A stretch of DNA of 64,000 nucleotides from an uncultured Gemmatimonadaceae bacterium (GCA_964602175.1 CAZRQE010000081.1:78986-142985), one strand, 5' to 3'. Counted from the stretch's first letter, positions 18,864-27,074 are shown. The notes: generated by a model from the letters alone, not told the origin. Numbers and translations are program-made.

Positions 18864-19568
18864 ATGGAGTCGACAAGGGTGCGAACCGCGGGCCTGCTGC
18901 TCGTGTGGGCAGGCGTCGCAGCCATCCTGCTGATGCATTGGATGGTTGTCTTCTGGGTCCCGACCGAAGCGGCACAGGGCGTGGTCCAACGTATCTTCTA
19001 CGTCCATGTGCCAGGCGCCTGGACGACGTTTCTCGCTTTCGGGATCGTCGCTCTCGCAAGCGCCGCGTATCTGTGGCTGGAGGACGAACGGGCCGACGCC
19101 GCCGCCGTCGCCGCGGCCGAAGGCGGACTGATCTTCGGAGCCATCATGCTCATCTCGGGCCCCCTTTGGGGACGCGTCGCATGGGGAACCTACTGGACCT
19201 GGGAACCGCGTCTGACGCTGACGCTGCTCCTGTGGTTCACGTATCTGGGGTATTTCCTCGTCAGGGGCTCGGTGGCCGACCCGCGGCGGGGGAAGCGCTT
19301 CGCCGCCGTGGTCGCGATTGTGGGCTCGCTGAACATTCCATTGATCCATGTCAGCGTCTCCTGGTTCAGGTCGCTGCATCCGGGGCCGGTGGTGATCAAG
19401 CCCGAGGGACCCACCCTGCACCCCGACATGCTGACGACCCTTCTGGTCTCGCTGGCCGGTTTCACGATGGTGTTTCTCGGGCTCTTCGCCTTCCGGTACT
19501 CGATCGAGCTCGCCGCCAGGCGCCGGGCGCGGGCCGAGGACGCCGCACTCGCTGGAGGACTCGCATGA
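18864..19568 (+). CDS. ccmC: Heme exporter protein CcmC
   Basis: WWD motif WGRVAWGTYWTWEPRLT and FYVHVPGAW. ATG at 18864 inside the track ORF 18036..19568. Confidence 0.9.
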   Translation: MESTRVRTAGLLLVWAGVAAILLMHWMVVFWVPTEAAQGVVQRIFYVHVPGAWTTFLAFGIVALASAAYLWLEDERADAAAVAAAEGGLIFGAIMLISGPLWGRVAWGTYWTWEPRLTLTLLLWFTYLGYFLVRGSVADPRRGKRFAAVVAIVGSLNIPLIHVSVSWFRSLHPGPVVIKPEGPTLHPDMLTTLLVSLAGFTMVFLGLFAFRYSIELAARRRARAEDAALAGGLA

Positions 19569-19792
19569 TTTTCCGAATCTGTACCGCGCTGTTGTGTTCG
19601 GCGGCAGCTCCGGCGGTTCTGTTGGCGCAGGCCGAGGGGGGACGCGGGGCACTGCGTCCGTACGTCCACGTCTTCCTGGCCTACGGGATCATGTGGGTGC
19701 TGATCGCCGTCTGGGTCTGGATGATCGCGCGGAGGATGAAGCGCCTGGCGGCCACCGAGTCCGCGCGCCCGGCAGACGATGGCGGCGGGTAG
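19565..19792 (+). CDS. Small membrane protein, CcmD-like
   Basis: 75 aa, ATGA overlap with ccmC. Hydrophobic YVHVFLAYGIMWVLIAVWVWMIARRMKRL resembles the CcmD TM segment plus basic tail. Confidence 0.55.
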   Translation: MIFRICTALLCSAAAPAVLLAQAEGGRGALRPYVHVFLAYGIMWVLIAVWVWMIARRMKRLAATESARPADDGGG

Positions 19793-21191
19793 GGACCGGC
19801 ACGAGTCCTTGGGCGCCGGGTTCGGCACCGGTGTTTCGGTCCTCGTCGCGCTGGTCCTGTTCGTCCAGCCCGGAACGGCCCAGTCGAGCAGCACGTCGAC
19901 CACGCTTCGCTACGGGTCCGGGCTGCTCGATGTCCCCGCCGCCACCGTGCTGCCGCACCTGACGATTGCCGCGACCTACTCGGGCTTCGGCCTTTCCCGG
20001 CACGGCGCCCGCAGCTTCGACCGGTCGTCCGGAGGACGCGGCCGCGGAGGCAGAGGGACGCAGTGGCTGTCGGACGGCGCGGTGGCAATCGGCCTTTTTG
20101 ACCGCCTGGAAGCGGGCGCAACGCTTCAGCACTTTGCGGACGCGCGTGACGGCGGCAGGCTGGTCGGCGGTTTCGGCCGTCTGTCTCTGCTGCCGGGTTC
20201 GCTTGAGCGTTTCGACCTCGCGGTCGGTGCGCGCTACGTCACGTCACCCTCCTTCGGCGACGGCGGTCGCGGCGGATTCCAGCCCAACAGGCTCGGCTAT
20301 CCCGACGCGCGCGTGGTTGGCGCTCCCCGCGGGCGGCGGGAGTTCCAGGGCAACCTGAGTCCGTACGTCGTGGCCACGGCCGGGCTTCCGGGCCTCGACG
20401 CAATGCCGTTCGAATACGACGTGACCCTGAGTGCGGGATGGGGAGGCGGACTCTTCTCGGCGGGAAGAGATCTCGATTTCCATGCCGGGGCCTCCACCGG
20501 CGGACTGTTTGCCGGATCCGCGCTACATGTGACCCTTGGAGCGGCCGCCGGTATGAGCATGATGGCGGAGTTCAATGGCTTCGACGCCAATGCCGGCGTG
20601 CGGTTCGATTTCGGAGGGGCCCAGGTGAGCGTGTTCTCGCTCGGGATGAATCACGATGGATCTTCCGGGTTCCGGTCCAGGAAGTTCGGTCTTGCAGCCA
20701 CCGTTGCGGTCTGCACGGGGGAGCTCGGGCTGTGCCGCCGCCGGTCGTATGCTCCGGCCGACACGGTCACGCTCCCCGCGCCGCCGCCGGATACGGTCAT
20801 CGTGGAGCGCGCGATCGAGGAGCCCGGCCCCGCCGGCACGCCGACGACCCTGTGCCTGTCCAGCGGCGAGAGCGTCCAGGTGTGGGTTACCGCGGCGAGT
20901 GACACGCTGGTCGGGCCCGGCCGCGTAGCGCTGGGCGCACTCGGACCTGGGGTTGTCCTGGCCGGCGCCTATGCAGAGGACCGTGACTGGTTTGAGGACG
21001 GCGAGGCCATCGGGTTGGCCGGACGCAGCTACCGGAGAAGCGGGCCGCCCGGGCCTGCGGACTGTAGCCGGATCGAACGCGTGGGTCGCCACGATGGCGT
21101 TCCGCTCTTTGCGGATCGCGGCGCCGGGGTGCCGTTCGACTTCGTGTATGTGCCTGTAAGACCCGGTCTATGGGTGCGTTACGACAATTGA
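19779..21191 (+). CDS. Hypothetical secreted/outer-membrane protein
   Basis: Signal-like GVSVLVALVLFVQPGTAQS. Gly/Arg-rich patches (SSGGRGRGGRG, GDGGRGGF). Alternating-residue N-terminal half, then a PAPPPD linker and a C-terminal domain with no motif I recognise. Overlaps the ccmD-like gene by 14 nt. Confidence 0.5.
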   Translation: MAAGRDRHESLGAGFGTGVSVLVALVLFVQPGTAQSSSTSTTLRYGSGLLDVPAATVLPHLTIAATYSGFGLSRHGARSFDRSSGGRGRGGRGTQWLSDGAVAIGLFDRLEAGATLQHFADARDGGRLVGGFGRLSLLPGSLERFDLAVGARYVTSPSFGDGGRGGFQPNRLGYPDARVVGAPRGRREFQGNLSPYVVATAGLPGLDAMPFEYDVTLSAGWGGGLFSAGRDLDFHAGASTGGLFAGSALHVTLGAAAGMSMMAEFNGFDANAGVRFDFGGAQVSVFSLGMNHDGSSGFRSRKFGLAATVAVCTGELGLCRRRSYAPADTVTLPAPPPDTVIVERAIEEPGPAGTPTTLCLSSGESVQVWVTAASDTLVGPGRVALGALGPGVVLAGAYAEDRDWFEDGEAIGLAGRSYRRSGPPGPADCSRIERVGRHDGVPLFADRGAGVPFDFVYVPVRPGLWVRYDN

Positions 21192-21215
21192 TCGATCTAG
21201 CTAGATATCTAGCTA
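21190..21215. repeat. AT-rich palindromic block (GATCGATC + 18-bp perfect palindrome TAGCTAGATATCTAGCTA) between convergent genes
   Basis: Read directly from the sequence. The 18-mer at 21198-21215 equals its reverse complement. It contains three CTAG, two GATC and one GATATC, and includes the TAG stop of the minus-strand gene. Confidence 0.9.
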
Positions 21216-22636
21216 AGTGACGTGTGAAACGTGGTTCGGCGGTTCGCCGAATCCAGCCATCGCGTCACTTCCGGGGTCAGGTCATCAGCGGTGTCCACGT
21301 CTCCTTCCACCTCGAGCCAGGTGACCGACAATCCCAGCCGTTCGGTCCGCTTCGTGGTTTCCGCGAGAACGGACCCGGTGCTCCAGCGGATCCCGGCAAA
21401 CAGGTCCGGATGCGGCCCCTGCAGGCCCAACAGGTAGTACCCGCCGTCTCGGGCGGGGCCAATCACGACATCGGCGCTGTCGAGCGCCGCGAAGGCCCGC
21501 GTGATCGTGTCCGCGCCGACGGCAGGGGCATCGGTGCCGATGATGACGACGCGATCCGCGTCTGACAGGGCGCGGGCCACCATGCGCGACATCCTGGTGC
21601 CCAGATCGCCGGTTCCCTGCGGCCAGTATTGGTGCGGCGCGGGACCGAGCCAGCTCCGGACCTCGGCTTCGCCGTCGGGCGGATCGTAGCAGACGACCAT
21701 CCGGACGGGTGCGGATCTCACGGCGGCGACGATGAGGCGGGCCATGCGCCGGTACAGCTCTGTCGCCCGCTTGTCCCCGATGGTGCGTGCCAGCCGGGTC
21801 TTGACCGTCCCCGGCCGGGGCGCTTTCGCGAAGACGAGCAGTGTTGCGCTGGCCGGGCTGGCTTCCTGCGCAGCCGTCCGCGGGCCGGTGCCATGCGCTC
21901 GCCGGGGCCGGTACCGGCGCGCAAGGACGGTGGGTCCCGTCCCGGAAAGAAAACGGGTGATCGTGCGCATGTTGCGAAACAACGCGCGGACGCGGCCCTC
22001 TTCCTCGTAGCGCCGCGCGCTGGTCGTCAACGTGCCGGCGAGGGGCACGAGCTGTCCCACCTCCAGCAGACGCCGGCTCACGATTACGTCCTCCATGATC
22101 GGTTCGTCCGGGTAGCCGCCGATGCCGGCGAAGAGATCGCGACGGATCAGCAGGCCCTGATCCCCGTAGACAAGACCGGCCAGTCGCTCCCTGATCCTCT
22201 GTCCGGCCTCGATCATCCTGTAGAAGACGTGTTCGTGGGCGATGGCCAGGCCGAAGTATCCCGCTACCGGAACGTCGCGCTCGACGTGGCGGGCGATGGA
22301 GCGCAGGGCGGCATCGTCGAGCCGGGAGTCCGCGTGCAGGAACAGGAGCCACCGGGTACGGAGGAAGGCCGCGCCCGCGTTCATCTGCCGTGCCCGGCCA
22401 CAGCAGCTCCTCATGACTTCGGCTCCGCCGGTTCTGGCAGCGGCGACGGTTCCGTCCCGCGAGCCGCCGTCCACGACCAGCACTCGATGAGCGATGGCCA
22501 GGCGGCCGAGGTACTTAAGCAGTGGAGGCAGTGCCTCCTCCTCGTCCAGCGTGGGGATGACGATGCCGAGGGCGGCCGTGCTCCCGCCTCCTCCGGCATG
22601 TCCCTGCGACGGGTGGCGCGGTCCCCGCGGAACCAT
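21209..22636 (-). CDS. Fusion protein: family-2 glycosyltransferase (N-terminal) + DUF2064/CofC-like nucleotidyltransferase-fold domain (C-terminal)
   Basis: N-terminal GIVIPTLDEEEALPPLL...VVDGGSRDGT (GT2). C-terminal LLVFAKAPRPGTVKTRLARTIG...GPARDGGYYLLGL (DUF2064-like). ATG at 22636 shares one base with the upstream stop (TGATG). Confidence 0.75.
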   Translation of the reverse strand: MVPRGPRHPSQGHAGGGGSTAALGIVIPTLDEEEALPPLLKYLGRLAIAHRVLVVDGGSRDGTVAAARTGGAEVMRSCCGRARQMNAGAAFLRTRWLLFLHADSRLDDAALRSIARHVERDVPVAGYFGLAIAHEHVFYRMIEAGQRIRERLAGLVYGDQGLLIRRDLFAGIGGYPDEPIMEDVIVSRRLLEVGQLVPLAGTLTTSARRYEEEGRVRALFRNMRTITRFLSGTGPTVLARRYRPRRAHGTGPRTAAQEASPASATLLVFAKAPRPGTVKTRLARTIGDKRATELYRRMARLIVAAVRSAPVRMVVCYDPPDGEAEVRSWLGPAPHQYWPQGTGDLGTRMSRMVARALSDADRVVIIGTDAPAVGADTITRAFAALDSADVVIGPARDGGYYLLGLQGPHPDLFAGIRWSTGSVLAETTKRTERLGLSVTWLEVEGDVDTADDLTPEVTRWLDSANRRTTFHTSLS

Positions 22637-24171
22637 CAATGCGGCGCGTCGTTCAGGGTCCAGTCGTAGTCGAAGAAGACCAGTCCGGCAGCCGGGTCCG
22701 CGACCGCGTTTCTGTCGGCCCCGTCGAGGTATTCGGCGAGGAAGGCAAGAATGCCCTCATGACCCCCGAAGTCCTCGTTGAACCAGTCCAGCACCCTGTT
22801 CACTCTCACGGTCGGGGCTCCGTCCGCGACTGACACCTCGAAGTGGACGGGGTCACGGAGGAATGCGATCACTCTCTCGTCCAGTTGCCGGTCCAGCGTA
22901 CTTCCGAGATAGGCCTGGGGGATGAGGGGCGGACAACTCAGCGCGGCGCAGTTGATCGCGAAGTGAATGCGGGGGTCCCCCATGGGGCGGATGATGTCGT
23001 GCTCGATTTCATCCTGCGAACGGTCGGCGCCGGCCACGGGGCAATGCGCGCCCGTGAACACGTCGTCGATCTGCCATACCGAGTTCTCCGGCCGGTCGGC
23101 GGCCGCGTTCCTCAGCCGGAGCAGACCGCCTGCTCTTCGGATCGGATAGTGCTCGATCACGCGCTTGAGCATGCAGGCGTTGTAGGCGTTGATCCAGAAT
23201 GCGAGCTGGTCGTCCCTGTTGGCGGCGTCGAGGGCCGACGGATCGGTGGAGGCCAGGGTGGCGATGTAGCGGTCGAGTCTCGCCGGGTCCGCGGCCAGGC
23301 GCGAGTAGTTCACCAGCGGCCCCGCGACGATCTCGGCGAGCACCTGTGTAAGCACCGAATGATCGGGAAGTTGCGGGGCAGTGGTCTCCTGCACGGCGCC
23401 TGCCGGCCTTCCCGCGAGGGAGAGCCCCACCAGCGGCACGACGACGGCCGACATTCCGGGCAGCTTGACGCCCAGGCGCTTCAGTATCGCCGGCAGAAAG
23501 CTCAGGAGAATGAGGAGGGCCCCGGCCAGCAGAACCCCGAACAGCGCATCTCTCGAGGCCTCCAGCGAGCCCTGCAGGAGCGAGTGGGCGAAGAATGTGT
23601 AGACGGCGGTGCCGGGAAGGATGCCGATGAGCGTCGCGATAGCGTAGTTGCGCCACTTGAGGGCCACGAGCCCCGATCCGAAGTTGAGGGCGTTGAAGGG
23701 AACCAGAGGGATGAGGCGAAGCGTCAGCAATCCCCGGAACCCGTGCTTTCCGACGACCCTGTCCAGCTTCTGCAGCGCCGCCGAGTCGTCGCCCATCAGG
23801 CGCCGCACACCGTCTCCCCCCAGCGTGCGCGAGAGGGCGAACGCGGCGTTGGCGCCGATATTGGCTGCCAGGAAGTTGAAGAGCGTCCCCCAGTAGAAGC
23901 CGAACAGTGCCCCGCCGGCGAGCGTGAGGATCGTACCGGGAACGGCCAGCGCGGTGGCGGTTGCGTATGTCGCGACGAAAATCAACGGTGCCCAGGGGTT
24001 GCCCCGCAGCAATTCGATCGCCTCGCCGATGCCCTCCCGCGTAAGGTAGGCCCCCAGCGGCGTCCGGGCGGCCGCCACGTACCCGCCGATCAGTATTACG
24101 GCCAGGAGCGCCAGCTTCAGAAGGGCGCCGGCGCGTCCGGCGGCCCGGTTGGTTTCGTCTATTTGAGCCAT
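22636..24171 (-). CDS. Fusion protein: TVP38/TMEM64 (DedA superfamily) membrane domain + DUF547 domain
   Basis: N-terminal polytopic region with LIPLVPFNALNFGSGL (TVP38/DedA-like). C-terminal FWINAYNA...HFAINCAALSCPPL (DUF547 signature as I recall it). ATG at 24171 (MAQIDE); the 936-aa track ORF is rejected. Confidence 0.75.
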   Translation of the reverse strand: MAQIDETNRAAGRAGALLKLALLAVILIGGYVAAARTPLGAYLTREGIGEAIELLRGNPWAPLIFVATYATATALAVPGTILTLAGGALFGFYWGTLFNFLAANIGANAAFALSRTLGGDGVRRLMGDDSAALQKLDRVVGKHGFRGLLTLRLIPLVPFNALNFGSGLVALKWRNYAIATLIGILPGTAVYTFFAHSLLQGSLEASRDALFGVLLAGALLILLSFLPAILKRLGVKLPGMSAVVVPLVGLSLAGRPAGAVQETTAPQLPDHSVLTQVLAEIVAGPLVNYSRLAADPARLDRYIATLASTDPSALDAANRDDQLAFWINAYNACMLKRVIEHYPIRRAGGLLRLRNAAADRPENSVWQIDDVFTGAHCPVAGADRSQDEIEHDIIRPMGDPRIHFAINCAALSCPPLIPQAYLGSTLDRQLDERVIAFLRDPVHFEVSVADGAPTVRVNRVLDWFNEDFGGHEGILAFLAEYLDGADRNAVADPAAGLVFFDYDWTLNDAPH

Positions 24172-25598
24172 TGGATGATTCTCTTGAGCAGTCTGCCCGA
24201 TGTCGTGTCGAGTCGGGAACGCATGTACTCGCCCGCCGCCCGCTTTACGCCTTCGACCATTGTCGGGTACGGAAAGATGGTGTTGGCGATCCGGCCAAGG
24301 GTCAGTCCGTGTTGCCGGGCCATGACGAGGGGCAGGATCAGCTCCCCGCCGCCGTGGGCGACGATGGTGGCTCCAAGCACCTTGCCCCTGCGATCGGCGG
24401 AGACCTTGACGAATCCCACCGCGGACGCGTCCACGATCGCGCGGTCGAGGTCGTCCAGCTCGTATCGGTAGGTCGTTCCGCCCGCCGCTTCCGCCTCGGC
24501 CTCGGACATTCCCACGTGAGCGATCTCGGGGTCGGTGTAGGTCACCCACGGGACGCTGTCGTAGCGGATCTTCGTGCTGCCCGGAATGACCGCGTTGCGC
24601 AGCGCGACCTTGGCCATCTGTTCGGCGACATGCGTGAATTGCATGGCACCGGTGACGTCGCCAACCGCCCACGCGGAACCGGACGACGTCTGCAGCCGGG
24701 AGTCGACGACCACGGCTCCCCCTTCCGTCCGGATGCCGGCGGCTTCCAGGTTCAGGCCGTCCGTCAGAGGCCGGCGCCCGGTGGCTACGAACACGCGGTC
24801 CGCGGTCACGGAGGCCCCGTCGCTCGTATCCACAACCGCGGCGTTCGCTTCCGTGCGAACCGCGGTCGCCTTGGTCCCGACGCGGATCTCGATGCCCTCC
24901 GCAGTCAGGAGGCGGTGCATGAAGGCGGCGACATCGGGGTCCTCCCGGATCAGAATCGTGGGGGCCATCTCGAGGACCGTCACGCGCGACCCGAGCCGGG
25001 CGAACACCTGCGCGAACTCGAGTCCGATCGGACCTCCTCCCAGAATCGCGACGGAACCGGGCAGTTCGTTCTGATCGAACACGGTCTCGTAGGTCCAGTA
25101 GCCCACCTCCTCCAGGCCTGGGATGGGAGGAATGGCGGGCACCGCGCCTGTCGCGATCACGAAGCGCTTCGACCGGATTCTTCCAACTCCCTCCACCTCC
25201 ACGGTCGCAGCGTCCAGGAACCGGGCGGCCCCGAAGTGGACGGACACCCCCATTTTCCGGAATCTTTCGGGGTCGTCGTGATGGGCGACGGTCGCGCGCG
25301 CGGCCCTCATTCGTTCCATGACCGCGCGGAACTCGCTCCGGGCCCCGTCCGATCGCAATCCCAGCGTGGAGGCGTGGCCGATGTTGTGGGCCAGGCGTGC
25401 GGACGCGATCAGTGCCTTCGAGGGCACGCATCCGGTCCACAGGCAATCTCCGCCGAGCGCCGACTTCTCCACGAGGGCCGGTTTGAGGCCCAGGTAGGCC
25501 GCGCCGGCCGCGGTCACCAGGCCTCCCGTCCCGCCGCCGATGGCGACCAGATCGCAGTCGCGCGAAGAGTTGGCTCGTTCAGACATGTTATCGCCCAT
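24159..25598 (-). CDS. Flavoprotein disulfide reductase, mercuric-reductase-like core (no C-terminal Cys pair)
   Basis: FAD Rossmann DLVAIGGGTGG, redox-active GGDCLWTGCVPSKAL, NAD(P)H site VAILGGGPIGLE, C-terminal FPYPTMVEG (Tyr where Lpd/GR have His, as in MerA). Start ambiguous (ATG 25598, ATG 25586 or GTG 25616). Confidence 0.85.
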   Translation of the reverse strand: MGDNMSERANSSRDCDLVAIGGGTGGLVTAAGAAYLGLKPALVEKSALGGDCLWTGCVPSKALIASARLAHNIGHASTLGLRSDGARSEFRAVMERMRAARATVAHHDDPERFRKMGVSVHFGAARFLDAATVEVEGVGRIRSKRFVIATGAVPAIPPIPGLEEVGYWTYETVFDQNELPGSVAILGGGPIGLEFAQVFARLGSRVTVLEMAPTILIREDPDVAAFMHRLLTAEGIEIRVGTKATAVRTEANAAVVDTSDGASVTADRVFVATGRRPLTDGLNLEAAGIRTEGGAVVVDSRLQTSSGSAWAVGDVTGAMQFTHVAEQMAKVALRNAVIPGSTKIRYDSVPWVTYTDPEIAHVGMSEAEAEAAGGTTYRYELDDLDRAIVDASAVGFVKVSADRRGKVLGATIVAHGGGELILPLVMARQHGLTLGRIANTIFPYPTMVEGVKRAAGEYMRSRLDTTSGRLLKRIIQWLK

Positions 25599-25637
25599 GG
25601 ATAAGGATACCTTCACCGGTACGCAGCAAGTTCCCGC

Positions 25638-25667
25638 TTGACCGGGAGCTATTTCGTCTTATCTTCG
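25638..25667 (+). promoter_or_regulatory. Candidate recA promoter
   Basis: TTGACC-N16-TATCTTCG in the AT-rich divergent region between the reductase gene and recA. Confidence 0.3.
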
Positions 25668-25773
25668 GTATTAGCATTCGTCGGTTTGCGAAAGCGTCGG
25701 CCCGAGTCCGCCGGAAGCTGCTACGCGACGTGACCGACCCCACGTCCCCTTGGGGGCAAGCGAAAGGTCGCAA

Positions 25774-26880
25774 ATGTCCAGGAACCCGAAATCCGCAACG
25801 CCGACAACACCAGGGAACGGTAAGGAACGGCAACGCCGGGAGAAAGCACTTACCACCGCCCTTACCCAGATTGAGCGGTCATACGGCCGGGGGGCGATCA
25901 TGCGCATGGGTTCGGACAGCGCCAGCCTCCAGATCGAGAGCATATCGACCGGCGCGATCAATCTGGACGCCGTAATCGGCGTCGGGGGAGTCCCCAGGGG
26001 ACGAATCAGCGAGATCTACGGCCCCGAGTCGTCGGGCAAGACGACCCTCTGCCTCCACGTGATCGCCAACGCGCAGCTGGGCGGGGGCATTGCCGCATTC
26101 ATCGACGCGGAGCATGCGCTCGACATCCAGTACGCGCGCAAGCTCGGGATCGACGTCGACAACCTGCTGGTGTCGCAGCCCGATACGGGTGAGCAGGCAT
26201 TGGAGATTGCCGAGGTGCTGATCCGCAGCAACGCCGTGGACGTCATCGTGGTGGACTCGGTTGCCGCGCTGGTTCCCAGAGCGGAGATCGAAGGCGAGAT
26301 GGGGGACTCGCACGTAGGGCTTCAGGCCCGCCTGATGAGCCAGGCTCTCAGAAAGCTGACCGGCGCTGTAAGCCGTTCCAACGCCGCCGTCATCTTCACC
26401 AACCAGATCCGGGAGAAGATCGGCGTCATGTTCGGGAGCCCGGAAACGACTTCCGGAGGGCGTGCCCTCAAGTTCTATGCCTCCCTGCGAATGGATATCC
26501 GGCGCATCGGGGCCCTGAAGGACGGGCCGGAGATCATCGGAAACCGGACCCGGGTGAAAGTGGTCAAGAACAAGTGCGCCCCGCCGTTCAAACAGGCTGA
26601 ATTCGATATCCTGTACGGGAAGGGAATCAGCCACACGGGTCTTCTGATCGATATCGGCGTCGAGCGGGGAGTCGTCGACAAGTCCGGGTCGTGGTTCTCC
26701 TACGGCGATCTGCGGTTGGGGCAGGGGAAGGAGAATGTCCGGACCTTCCTCGATGAAAATACCGACATTGCCGAGGAGATCGAAGCGCGCCTGCTGGTGG
26801 CTTTGGGGATCCGAAAGGCGGAGGAGAAGACGCCTGGGGGTGCCGGCGAACAGGAGGGCCCCGCGGTAAAGGTGGTGTGA
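25774..26880 (+). CDS. recA: Recombinase A
   Basis: Walker [15 protein letters not shown]1/L2 regions and [14 protein letters not shown]-like segment. ATG at 25774 after GAAAGG. Confidence 0.95.
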   Translation: MSRNPKSATPTTPGNGKERQRREKALTTALTQIERSYGRGAIMRMGSDSASLQIESISTGAINLDAVIGVGGVPRGRISEIYGPESSGKTTLCLHVIANAQLGGGIAAFIDAEHALDIQYARKLGIDVDNLLVSQPDTGEQALEIAEVLIRSNAVDVIVVDSVAALVPRAEIEGEMGDSHVGLQARLMSQALRKLTGAVSRSNAAVIFTNQIREKIGVMFGSPETTSGGRALKFYASLRMDIRRIGALKDGPEIIGNRTRVKVVKNKCAPPFKQAEFDILYGKGISHTGLLIDIGVERGVVDKSGSWFSYGDLRLGQGKENVRTFLDENTDIAEEIEARLLVALGIRKAEEKTPGGAGEQEGPAVKVV

Positions 26881-27074
26881 GCGCGGGTGGGGAGGCGGAT
26901 CGCTCGGGCGCGCACCCGCGGCGGGACGGTCTCGTGGGGTCTGCATTTCGGGATGGCCTTGGGCGGTTGAGTCCGGGTTGGGCTAACTTTACGGTCAGCC
27001 CGCCGCGGTGAAACCCGGTGGGCGCCGGCAAGTGAACCGACCGACCGACGGCGACCCCGCCGCATGCCCATCCG

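Noticed and set aside
21216-21234. parS-like half-site (CGTGTGAAACG) near the 3' end of the GT2::DUF2064 gene.
   Set aside because: Only one GTGAAAC half-site is present. The partner GTTTCAC arm is missing and the spacing is wrong for the 16-bp parS palindrome.
24172-25446. N-terminal 425-codon extension of the TVP38::DUF547 ORF (track ORF 22636..25446, 936 aa).
   Set aside because: The extension is Arg/Gly/Pro-rich and lies antisense-frame over the well-supported flavoprotein reductase. A clean start (MAQIDE, ATG 24171) precedes the first TM helix. The same logic trims ORFs 6087..8000, 4805..6439, 2404..4377, 8223..9866, 9673..11706, 18036..19568, 37741..39093 and 52529..54028.
25617-25773. 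Searched the recA upstream region for an SOS/LexA box (CTGT-N8-ACAG, GAAC-N4-GTTC, GTTC-N7-GTTC).
   Set aside because: None is present. The only candidate is a minimal TTCG-N8-CGAA symmetry (about 25677-25692) with just 4-bp arms, too weak to call without knowing the lineage's LexA motif.
26882-26920. Inverted repeat CGCGGGTG-N23-CACCCGCG right after recA as an intrinsic terminator. Also noted the absence of recX in the 194-bp recA-alaS spacer.
   Set aside because: The loop is long and no U-tract follows, so I cannot support a terminator call. The spacer has no credible ORF, so recX is simply not here.
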